From assembly GCF_026965535.1 (NCBI RefSeq), contig NZ_CP114039.1:8227461-8291460 (forward strand): a stretch of 64,000 bases of DNA, given 5' to 3'. The notes below the pieces were generated by a model, which was not told the DNA's origin, did no database searches, and saw nothing but the letters and a program-made list of their open reading frames with translations. Source of the stretch: Corallococcus sp. NCRR (lineage in GTDB: Bacteria > Myxococcota > Myxococcia > Myxococcales > Myxococcaceae). Below, piece after piece: positions 47,450 to 55,444 of this stretch (position 1 is its first letter; every line of letters begins with the position of its first letter). Position numbers and translations under genes: made by a program.

Positions 47450-48591
47450 TCTACTGGGACCACAACGCCGCCGCGCCGGTGCGCGCGGAGGTGGGCGCGC
47501 TGCTCGCCCGGGCCTTCACGCAGGGCGGCTTCGGCAACGCGTCCAGCGTGCACGGTGGCGGGCGCGAGGCCCGGGCCCGGCTGGACGCGGCGCGAGCGAA
47601 GGTGGCGCGCGTCCTGGGCTGCGAGCCGAAGGAGATCACCTTCACCGCGTCGGGCAGCGAAGCAGATGCGCTCGCGCTGGTGGGGGCGTACGCGGCCCGC
47701 CCGGTGAAGGACCGCCGCCGCGTGGTGTCCACCACGGTGGAGCACCCGTCGGCGCTGGGCGCGCTCGCGCAGTTGGAGAAGGACGGCGCCCAGGTGGTGC
47801 GGCTGTCCCCTGACGCCCATGGCCGGGTGCCACTCGAGTCCGTGCTGGAGGCGCTCACGCCGGACACCGCGCTGTGCTCGCTGATGTGGGCCAACAACGA
47901 GACGGGCGTGCTCCAGCCGGTGGCGGAGACCGCGCGCGCCTGCCGTCAGCGCGGCATCCTCTTCCATACGGACGCCGTACAGGCCGCGGGCAAGGTGCCT
48001 CTCACCTTGCGCGAAGTGGACGCGGACCTGCTCTCGCTCTCCGCGCACAAGTTCGGCGGCCCCCAGGGCGTGGGCGTGCTCGTGGTGCGCAAGGGCGTGG
48101 ACGTGCGGGCGCTGACGCCCGGACACCAGGAGGGAGGCCGGCGCGGAGGCACGCAGAACGTGCCCTACGCCGAGGCCCTGGCCCTGGCCCTGGAGCTGGC
48201 CGCCGCGGAGCAGGCCACCACCGCCGAGAGGGTGGCGGACCTGCGCGACACCTTCGAACAGCAGGTGCTCCAGCGGCTGCCCGGGGTGACGGTGAACGGC
48301 GCGGGCGCGCCCCGGGTGCCCAACACCAGCAACCTGCGCTTCGACGGCGTGGAGGGCGAAGCGCTGTTGATGGCGCTGGACCTGGAGGACATCCGCGTGT
48401 CCTCCGGAGCGGCCTGCGCGTCCGGCACGCTGTCCCCATCCCACGTGCTGCGCGCCATGGGCCTCTCCCCCACCGAGGCGCGCGGAAGCCTGCGCTTCAG
48501 CCTGGGCCCCGGCACCACCGGCGCGGAGGTCTCCCGCGTCGTGGACGCGCTGTGCACGCACGTGCCCCGGGTGCGCGCCCTCGGAGGCTGA
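47446..48591 (+). CDS. Cysteine desulfurase (IscS/NifS family)
   Basis: GTG start overlapping the nrnA stop (GTGA). Motifs include VIYWDHNAAAPV, SAHKFGGPQGVG (PLP lysine) and the SSGAACAS catalytic-Cys loop. Confidence 0.85.
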   Translation: MIYWDHNAAAPVRAEVGALLARAFTQGGFGNASSVHGGGREARARLDAARAKVARVLGCEPKEITFTASGSEADALALVGAYAARPVKDRRRVVSTTVEHPSALGALAQLEKDGAQVVRLSPDAHGRVPLESVLEALTPDTALCSLMWANNETGVLQPVAETARACRQRGILFHTDAVQAAGKVPLTLREVDADLLSLSAHKFGGPQGVGVLVVRKGVDVRALTPGHQEGGRRGGTQNVPYAEALALALELAAAEQATTAERVADLRDTFEQQVLQRLPGVTVNGAGAPRVPNTSNLRFDGVEGEALLMALDLEDIRVSSGAACASGTLSPSHVLRAMGLSPTEARGSLRFSLGPGTTGAEVSRVVDALCTHVPRVRALGG

Positions 48592-48657
48592 GGCCCGCGC
48601 CCGTCCCAGCGCGAGGCCGGAGGCACGCTCACGCCTCGGGCCGTCGTCAGGGGCGCC

Positions 48658-48831
48658 TCACCACTTCTGGTCTGGCAGGTTCTTCTCGCGGACCTCGGGG
48701 TCGGGCTGTCCGTAGCCGGGCATCCCCTCCTTGGCCTCGTCGGCCTTGGGCGGAAGCCGCTCGTCGCCTTGCCGCGTCTCGCGGGTGGGCTGCTCCTGCT
48801 CGGGCTGCTGCTGCTTTCGCTCGGTCGCCAT
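48658..48831 (-). CDS. Small (57-aa) highly hydrophilic Gln/Glu/Pro-rich protein
   Basis: Start at MATERKQQQPEQEQ with a strong GGGAGGA RBS 7 nt upstream. No TM helix or homology recognised. Confidence 0.4.
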   Translation of the reverse strand: MATERKQQQPEQEQPTRETRQGDERLPPKADEAKEGMPGYGQPDPEVREKNLPDQKW

Positions 48832-48939
48832 GGATTCCTCCCGGTGCATGTTCGCGGGAGGAAAGGTCATCATCCGGGGCAGGCGCCGCAGCGGGCTCCA
48901 CCGGATGGGGGCCCGGGTGACAGGGCCCTGCCCGCCCGG

Positions 48940-49932
48940 CTACCCGTTGTCGCCGGAGGAGCCATTGGACGGCGAGCCCCGGTACGCGGGCATCTCGTCC
49001 GTGGTGCCGAACAGGCCGCGCACCACCGCCGCGATGGCCAGCGGCGTCCCCACGTTCTCGTCGAAGTGCGGCGCCAGCGCCGCCGCGTACTCCTCCGCGG
49101 TCGGGAAGCGGTCCTCGGGGTTCTCCGCGAACGCGCGCGCCAGCACGTCGTCCAGCGCCTGCGGGATGTCCGGACGCACCGAGCGCAGGAGCCGGTACTT
49201 GCGCGACAGGATGCCCGCGAAGACCTCTTCTGGCGTCGTGCCCACGAAGGGCCGGCCCAGCGTGAGCAGTTCGTAGAGCACCACGCTCGCGGCCCACAGG
49301 TCCGCCTCCGGCGTGACGGCGCCCTGCAGCGACTCCGGGGACAGGTAGTACGGCTTGCCCAGCACCTCGCCGCCCTGGAGCTTGCCGTCCACCAGCACGC
49401 GCGACACGCCGAAGTCGCCCAGCTTGATCTCCCCCACGCGGGAGATGAACAGGTTGGACGGGGACACGTCGCAGTGGACGATGCCCAGCGGCTTGCCGTC
49501 CGGGCCGGTGGCGGTGTGCGCGTACGCGAGCGCCTCCAGCAGCACCTTCGCCAGGTACACCGCGAAGTCGACGGGGAGCGGAATCCCGCGCGCCTTGCAC
49601 CGGCGCAGGATGTGGCCCAGGTCGCGCCCGTCCACCAGGTCCATCACCAGGAAGGACACGTCGTCCAGCATCCCGGCGTCCAGCACCTTCACGATGTTCG
49701 GGTGGTCCAACTGGCGCGACAGCTGCGCCTCGCGGCGGAAGAGGTCCACCGACGCCGGGTCGCGGGTGAGCGCGGGCAGGAGCCGCTTGAGCGCGACCGT
49801 CCAGCCTTCATAGGGACCGGAGCGCACGCGCGCGCGGTACACCTCGGCCATGCCGCCCTTGCCCAGCAGCGATTGGATTTCGTAGTTGCCGAAGACGCGG
49901 ATGGGCTTCGACACGGGAGTCGGCGCGTTCAC
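48940..49932 (-). CDS. Ser/Thr protein kinase (Hanks-type)
   Basis: 330 aa with GKGGMAEVY (P-loop), VALK, HCDVSPSN (catalytic loop), DFG and SPE motifs. Confidence 0.88.
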   Translation of the reverse strand: MNAPTPVSKPIRVFGNYEIQSLLGKGGMAEVYRARVRSGPYEGWTVALKRLLPALTRDPASVDLFRREAQLSRQLDHPNIVKVLDAGMLDDVSFLVMDLVDGRDLGHILRRCKARGIPLPVDFAVYLAKVLLEALAYAHTATGPDGKPLGIVHCDVSPSNLFISRVGEIKLGDFGVSRVLVDGKLQGGEVLGKPYYLSPESLQGAVTPEADLWAASVVLYELLTLGRPFVGTTPEEVFAGILSRKYRLLRSVRPDIPQALDDVLARAFAENPEDRFPTAEEYAAALAPHFDENVGTPLAIAAVVRGLFGTTDEMPAYRGSPSNGSSGDNG

Positions 49933-50930
49933 GGGCTGGAACTTCCAGCTCCTTGCGGATCACGGCCCTGGACCCGCGGCTTGCGGCCACGGGCCTGCTT
50001 CACCAGCGCCTCGTACAACGGTCCCGCATTGGCGAACTGCTGGAGCTCGCGCTCCACCAGCGTGTTGCCCTCCGGAGGAGACCAGCCTTCCTGCAGCGCC
50101 CGCTTCAGCGCGGCCTGGGCGAACGCCGACTCCTGCGCCGACCGCTTCACGCACGCGGTCCAGAAGAAGGCCTCCGCCCGCGCCGCGCCGCTGCCCACGA
50201 TGCGCGCCTGATCCAGGAACTTGAGCGCCTCCGGCGACTGCTTGCGAAGGTGGTGCGACACGCCCATGCCCGTCAGCGCCCAGGCGTTGTTCTTCTCCTT
50301 CTCCTGGGACAGCACCAACTGGAACTGCTGCGACGCCCCAAAGGGATTGCTGAGCAGCAGCGACTGGCCCAGCTTCAGGGTGGCCGCCACGTCCAGCGGC
50401 TCCAGCCGGCGCTGCGCCGCGATCTGCGCGGCCCCACCGGACGGCGGAGCGGGCACGGGCGCCTGCGCCTGGCGCTGCTCGGGTGCCTGCGCCGTCGCGG
50501 GTGTCGGCGTCAGGGCGGCCCCCTGCTCCGTCTCCCGGAGCACCAGCATCCGGTTCTTGGGCAGCGCCGGAGACTCGCAACTGGCCTCGATCTTCACCAC
50601 GCCGCCCAGCGCCCGCTCCTCCACGTTGTAGACGAGCATCACCGGGAAGCTCTGGGTCGGGGTGCAGGTGTCCCCCGTCTGACAGAGCGTCAGCTCGCCC
50701 AGGAAGACGTTGCCCTGGAAGTCCCCCACCAGGATCGGCCCGGCTTCAGGGCGCTGGCAGGGCCCCCCGGCCGGCGCGATGCCGACCAGGTGGTCCCCGT
50801 CCGAGCGCAACTCGATGGGGCCGAAGGCATCTGCCTGATAGGTACTGTTCATCTGCGGACCCGCCCAGGCGAATCCGGAGGTGAGGCAGGCTACCGCCGC
50901 GAGAGCCAATGTTGGGGTCGGGAGCGACAT
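49929..50930 (-). CDS. Secreted hypothetical protein (signal peptide, Cys-containing N-terminal half, helical C-terminal half), translationally coupled to the kinase
   Basis: Start at MSLPTPTLALAAVACLTSGFAWA. Its stop overlaps the kinase start by 4 nt. Confidence 0.6.
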   Translation of the reverse strand: MSLPTPTLALAAVACLTSGFAWAGPQMNSTYQADAFGPIELRSDGDHLVGIAPAGGPCQRPEAGPILVGDFQGNVFLGELTLCQTGDTCTPTQSFPVMLVYNVEERALGGVVKIEASCESPALPKNRMLVLRETEQGAALTPTPATAQAPEQRQAQAPVPAPPSGGAAQIAAQRRLEPLDVAATLKLGQSLLLSNPFGASQQFQLVLSQEKEKNNAWALTGMGVSHHLRKQSPEALKFLDQARIVGSGAARAEAFFWTACVKRSAQESAFAQAALKRALQEGWSPPEGNTLVERELQQFANAGPLYEALVKQARGRKPRVQGRDPQGAGSSSP

Positions 50931-51300
50931 GTCGGGGACCCGGGCATCATAGAAGTCCACGGGGCGGCTTGTAAACGCGCGAGGACGGCTTGACCGCACG
51001 CTTCTCCGTCCTTATCATTTTCCCAGAACGCCCTGGGATTTTCCCAGTAATTCTAAGGACTTGCAGCAAGATTTGAGCGGTAAAGGTCTGTTCCCTGCGG
51101 GGTGCGTGATGCCCAGCAGAAATTCGAACCGATACGTCCATTCCGGGGTCCGTTTCGGTCGCCATGTGCAAGCCCTCCCCCTTCACCGGGGATGAGGGAA
51201 GCCTGCGGTGACATGATTTCGGTCCCCACCTGGCTTCTAAGGGTTCAATGGACGCTGGACACACGGCTCGGCGGGGGACTCTTTCTTTGGAGCGGCGGCG

Positions 51301-51933
51301 GTGAGCGAGACGGCGGCGGATACGGTGGCGGCGGCGGCGGAGAAGAAGGTAACGCTTCGTGAGGAACTGACGGCGCGCCGCAAGGCGATGACCAACGACC
51401 TCATCGACGAGCGGGGCCTCAAGGTCCAGTCTCGGTTCCTGGCATCGCCCTACTATCAGAATGCGCGGACGGTAGCGCTCTACGCCCCCATCCGGGGCGA
51501 GGTGCCTACCCGGGACATCCTCATCGCGGCGTTGCAGGACGAGAAGATCGTCTGCTACCCGCTGTCCCACGTGCACGGGCGGATCCTGGCCTTCCGGGCC
51601 ATCAAGTCGGAGAGCGAGTTGGAGCCGGGACGCCTGGGCGTCCGGGAGCCCACGAACTCCTCGGACCTGATCGCGGTGGACCAGATCGATTTGTTCGTGG
51701 TGCCTGGCCTGGGCTTCAGCCCGGACGGCAAGCGGCTGGGGCGCGGCGGTGGCTATTACGACGCCACCCTCAAGGCGGCCAGTTCGCGCAGCCGCCGGGT
51801 GGGTCTGGCCTTCAATGACCAGATCGTCCAGGTGCTGCCCACGACGAGCGACGACGTGGACATGGACCAGATCGTCACGGAGAGCCAGACGCTGCGCGGC
51901 CTGTGCCGCAGCTTCGACTTCCTGGACACCTGA
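51301..51933 (+). CDS. 5-formyltetrahydrofolate cyclo-ligase
   Basis: 210 aa with GRGGGYYD and the conserved MTHFS fold pattern; GTG start. Confidence 0.8.
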   Translation: MSETAADTVAAAAEKKVTLREELTARRKAMTNDLIDERGLKVQSRFLASPYYQNARTVALYAPIRGEVPTRDILIAALQDEKIVCYPLSHVHGRILAFRAIKSESELEPGRLGVREPTNSSDLIAVDQIDLFVVPGLGFSPDGKRLGRGGGYYDATLKAASSRSRRVGLAFNDQIVQVLPTTSDDVDMDQIVTESQTLRGLCRSFDFLDT

Positions 51934-51970
51934 GCCTTCGGGCGGACGGGCGCAGCTTCACGGGTGGGGT

Positions 51971-52007
51971 GGGACTGAGAAGTCCCGTCCTGCCCGTCGT
52001 CTTTTTT
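51971..52007 (+). terminator. Hairpin GGGACTGAGAAGTCCC plus GC-rich spacer and a T6 run between the MTHFS gene and tyrS
   Basis: Seen in the sequence. The T6 run (52002-52007) ends 21 nt before the tyrS ATG, so it may act as a terminator or attenuator. Confidence 0.45.
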
Positions 52008-52027
52008 GGGCTAGTGTCCGCGGCGCC

Positions 52028-53290
52028 ATGAACCCGGACGCACTGCGCAAGGCGACCCCCGAAGAGCAGTTCGAAGAAGTCACTCGCGGCACCGTGGATT
52101 TGCACGTGCCGGAGGACCTGAAGAAGAAGCTCCAGCGCTCGTATGACAAGGGCAAGCCGCTCATCATCAAGGCGGGCTTCGACCCCAGCCGTCCCGACCT
52201 GCACCTGGGCCACACGCTGCTGCTCACGCGCATGCGGCGCTTCCAGGAGTTCGGCCACACGGTGGTGTTCCTCATCGGTGACTTCACCGCCCTCATCGGG
52301 GACCCGTCCGGAAAGAACGCGGCCCGGCCTCCGCTCACCCGCGAGCAGGTGAAGGTCAACTCGGAGACGTACAAGCAGCAGGTCTTCAAGGTCCTGGACC
52401 CGGACAAGACGGTGGTGAAGTTCAACTCGGAGTGGCTCGACGCGCTGGGCACCGAGGGGATGATCCGCCTGGCCGCGCGCTACTCCGTGCAGCGCATGCT
52501 GGAGCGCGACGACTTCAAGAAGCGCTACCGGGAGAACACCTCCATCGCCATCCACGAGTTCCTCTACCCGCTCCTGCAGGGCTACGACTCCGTGGCGCTG
52601 AAGGCGGACGTGGAGCTGGGCGCGACGGATCAGCTCTTCAACCTGCTCGTGGGCCGTCAGCTGATGAAGGAAGAGGGCCTGGAGCCGCAGGTCATCATGA
52701 CCGGCCCCATCCTGGAGGGCCTGGACGCGAAGCTGGTGGACGGCGTCATCACCGGCAACAAGATGTCCAAGAGCCTGGACAACTACGTGGGCATCGACGA
52801 GCCGGCGGACAACATCTTCGGCAAGTTGATGAGCATCACGGACGACCTGATGTGGCGGTACTACAAGCTGCTCTCCGCCATGCCGCTCAAGCAGGTGCTG
52901 GAGCTGGAGGAGCAGACGAAGTCCGGCGCGGCGCACCCCAAGGCCGCCAAGGTCGCCTTCGCCCAGGAGATGGCCGCGCGCTTCCAAGGTGAGGAGGCCG
53001 GCCGCAAGGCGGCGGAGGACTTCGAGAAGCGCTTCGCCAAGAAGGAGCTGTCCACGGAGGACCTGCCGCTCGTGGAGGTTTCGCTCGCGGGCGCGGAGAA
53101 GCTGCTCGTCACGAAGCTGCTGCCGGAGACGAAGTTCGTCGCCTCCGCCACCGAGGCCCGAAAGATGATGGGCCAGGGCGGCGTGAAGGTGAACGGTGAG
53201 AAGGTCACCGACCCCAAGGCGGAGCTGGGGGCCGGCGAGTACACCGTGCAGGTGGGCAAGCTGAAGGTCACGCGGGTGAAGCTGTCCTGA
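52028..53290 (+). CDS. tyrS: Tyrosine--tRNA ligase (TyrS type 2, with C-terminal S4-like domain)
   Basis: Start at MNPDALRKA with the HLGH ([10 protein letters not shown]) and KMSKS motifs. Confidence 0.9.
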   Translation: MNPDALRKATPEEQFEEVTRGTVDLHVPEDLKKKLQRSYDKGKPLIIKAGFDPSRPDLHLGHTLLLTRMRRFQEFGHTVVFLIGDFTALIGDPSGKNAARPPLTREQVKVNSETYKQQVFKVLDPDKTVVKFNSEWLDALGTEGMIRLAARYSVQRMLERDDFKKRYRENTSIAIHEFLYPLLQGYDSVALKADVELGATDQLFNLLVGRQLMKEEGLEPQVIMTGPILEGLDAKLVDGVITGNKMSKSLDNYVGIDEPADNIFGKLMSITDDLMWRYYKLLSAMPLKQVLELEEQTKSGAAHPKAAKVAFAQEMAARFQGEEAGRKAAEDFEKRFAKKELSTEDLPLVEVSLAGAEKLLVTKLLPETKFVASATEARKMMGQGGVKVNGEKVTDPKAELGAGEYTVQVGKLKVTRVKLS

Positions 53291-53301
53291 CGTGCCCTGG
53301 T

Positions 53302-53334
53302 GCCGCCCGGGCCTGATTTCAGGGCGCGGGCGGC
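53302..53334. terminator. GC hairpin between the convergent tyrS and SDR genes
   Basis: GCCGCCCGGGCC TGATTTCA GGGCGCGGGCGGC, a near-perfect inverted repeat. Confidence 0.3.
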
Positions 53335-54143
53335 TCCTTCGGCAGCGCGCCTTCGTACAGCGCGGCCGAGCGCCCCATCATGAAGCCGTGGGGCAAGAGC
53401 TTCATCATCGTCGCGAGGAAGCGGTTGAGGACGCCGGGCACGCAGAGTTCGCGGCGGTGCACGAAGGCCTCCACGGCGGTGCGCGCGCAGGCCTCCGCGG
53501 ACATGATGCCCACGTCGCCCGCCTTGAACTTCCGGTCCAGGCCGGACACCGACAGCATCTCCGTGGCGATGCCGCCGGGCGCGAAGACGGTGACGGACAC
53601 GCCCGCCTTGCGCAGCTCGTAGGCCAGGCCCCGCCCGTAGCTGATGACGAACGACTTCGTGGCCGCGTAGGCCGTCTGGTACGGCAGCGGCGCGAAGCCC
53701 GCCGTGCTGGCGACGAGCATCAGCGCCCCTCCCCCGCCCCGCTTCGCGAAGTGCGCCCCGAAGAGCTGGGCCATGCGCACCACGCTGGTGATGTTGGTGG
53801 CGAGCATCGCGTCGAAGGACTCGGGCTGCTGCTCCAGCGCGTGACCGAAGTAGGTGACGCCCGCGTTGAGGATGACGCCGTCGACGGTGCGGCCGGACGT
53901 GGCGGTCTGGAAGACGCGCTCGGCGTCGCCCGGCTTCGTGAGGTCCGCGGAGAGGGGCAGCACCTGCACGCCGTGCGCGGACTCCAGCTCCGCCTTGAGC
54001 GCGGCGAGCCGGTCCTCGCGGCGGGCGACGGCGATGATGTGGGCGCCGTGCTCCTTCGCGAGCAGGCGGGCCATCTCCAGCCCCAGGCCGGACGACGCGC
54101 CGGTGATGAGCACCCAGCGGCCTCGGAAATTCATCGGTTTCAT
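53319..54143 (-). CDS. Short-chain dehydrogenase/reductase (SDR) family oxidoreductase
   Basis: Start at MKPMNFRGRWVLITGASSGLG (TGxxxGxG), with the catalytic YxxxK (YAATK). Confidence 0.85.
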   Translation of the reverse strand: MKPMNFRGRWVLITGASSGLGLEMARLLAKEHGAHIIAVARREDRLAALKAELESAHGVQVLPLSADLTKPGDAERVFQTATSGRTVDGVILNAGVTYFGHALEQQPESFDAMLATNITSVVRMAQLFGAHFAKRGGGGALMLVASTAGFAPLPYQTAYAATKSFVISYGRGLAYELRKAGVSVTVFAPGGIATEMLSVSGLDRKFKAGDVGIMSAEACARTAVEAFVHRRELCVPGVLNRFLATMMKLLPHGFMMGRSAALYEGALPKEPPAP

Positions 54144-54229
54144 ATCGGGCGCGTTTATTTCGCGGCGCGGCGCCGGGCGCAACCGGGGAACAGCGAGCTT
54201 CGGGCGCCCCTGTTAGAGTCCGGCGCACC

Positions 54230-55396
54230 ATGCGCCTCTCCGGGTCGCTCGCCTGCTTCTTCCTGGCCCTCTCCACCGCCCCCGCCGCCTTCGCGGGGAG
54301 CGGCGTCTTCGTCACCGACGATGCCGTGGACGCCGTGGACCAGCCCGAGTCCTCCAAGGTCGTCTTCTCCGTGCAGCCGGGCGTGTCCTATCCGCTGATG
54401 AAGAAGGGCGGCCCCGACCGCGCGTGGTGCAAGCTCCAGGGGCCCAAGGCGGAGGGCTGGGTGCTCTGCGATGGCACGCCCACGGATGCCGTCCAGAAGG
54501 CACCGGACACGGACGCGCTCGTGCGCGCGGACCATGAGAACACGCGCCAGCAGCAGGCATCGCGAGGTGGCGGAGTGTCCCTCGCGGAGGCGAAGCCCAT
54601 TGGGAGCGGAGCCAGCGCGGGTGCTCCCGCGGCGGAGCCGGACGACGAAGAAGAGGTCACCGTGGCGGTGCGAGCCCCCGCGGGCCGCGCGCCGGCTCCA
54701 GGCGACGCGGCGGCGTGCGCGAGCACGTGTGACCAACCACCCCTCTTCGCCAAGGCCCCGGCGCTGTCCGCGATGGACCGCGAGGTGCTGGACCTGTGCC
54801 CCGCGCGGCCCGACGCGAGCGTGAGCGCTGGGGACGTGCAGCGCTTCTTCGCGAAGCACTACGACGACGCACGGGTGCAGCGCGCGCTGTCCGCGGCGGG
54901 CCGTCCGGGTACGAAGCAGGCGAACATCGAATGGCTCACCAGCCTGTGGGTGAGCACCGGCCCGCGCAACGCGTTCACGCACGTCTTCTGCGGGGACGAC
55001 TGGCGGCACGGCCCGATTGGCGGCCTCCACTTCCTGCCCCGCTACGCGCAGCTCGAGGCGGAGGGAAAGGTCTGCTACCAGGGCCCGGCCAGGGGCGAAG
55101 AGGCGGTGCGCGGCGAGCAGTACCTCATCCGTTTCAAGGGCCTGTCCCCGTGGTCCTGCGGCGTGAAGCGCACGGGCGGCTTCTCGACGTCGCAGGACGC
55201 GGTCTCCATCGCCGCCATCGGAACCCGGGCGTTCGCGCGTTGCTGTGCGCGGGGCGGGGCGAAGAAGGAGGGCGGCGTGTACTCGGCGCCGGACGTGGGG
55301 GGCGGCAACTGGCGCATCTGGTGCGGCACACGCAACGGCACCTACGGCATCGCCACGCTGCACCCCACCGACGAAGCCGCCACCTGCGCGGAGTAG
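54230..55396 (+). CDS. Secreted cysteine-rich protein with possible EndoU/XendoU-like RNase catalytic signature in the C-terminal half
   Basis: Signal peptide MRLSGSLACFFLALSTAPAAFA and 14 Cys. The C-terminal half contains FTHVFCGDD ... GGLHF ... FKG, with His-x16-His-x38-Lys spacing reminiscent of EndoU. The assignment is tentative. Confidence 0.6.
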   Translation: MRLSGSLACFFLALSTAPAAFAGSGVFVTDDAVDAVDQPESSKVVFSVQPGVSYPLMKKGGPDRAWCKLQGPKAEGWVLCDGTPTDAVQKAPDTDALVRADHENTRQQQASRGGGVSLAEAKPIGSGASAGAPAAEPDDEEEVTVAVRAPAGRAPAPGDAAACASTCDQPPLFAKAPALSAMDREVLDLCPARPDASVSAGDVQRFFAKHYDDARVQRALSAAGRPGTKQANIEWLTSLWVSTGPRNAFTHVFCGDDWRHGPIGGLHFLPRYAQLEAEGKVCYQGPARGEEAVRGEQYLIRFKGLSPWSCGVKRTGGFSTSQDAVSIAAIGTRAFARCCARGGAKKEGGVYSAPDVGGGNWRIWCGTRNGTYGIATLHPTDEAATCAE

Positions 55397-55400
55397 CGGC

Positions 55401-55428
55401 GGACCGGCGCCGCGAAGGACGCCGGTCC
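55401..55428. terminator. Bidirectional hairpin GGACCGGCG ... CGCCGGTCC between convergent genes
   Basis: 9-bp perfect inverted repeat with a 10-nt loop; no clear U-tract. Confidence 0.3.
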
Positions 55429-55444
55429 CCTTCCCCTCCGAGGC

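Noticed and set aside
50931-51300. Sigma-54 promoter in the AT-rich intergenic region (TTGCA element present)
   Set aside because: The GG-N10-GC spacing of the -24/-12 elements is not satisfied around GGACTTGCAGC.
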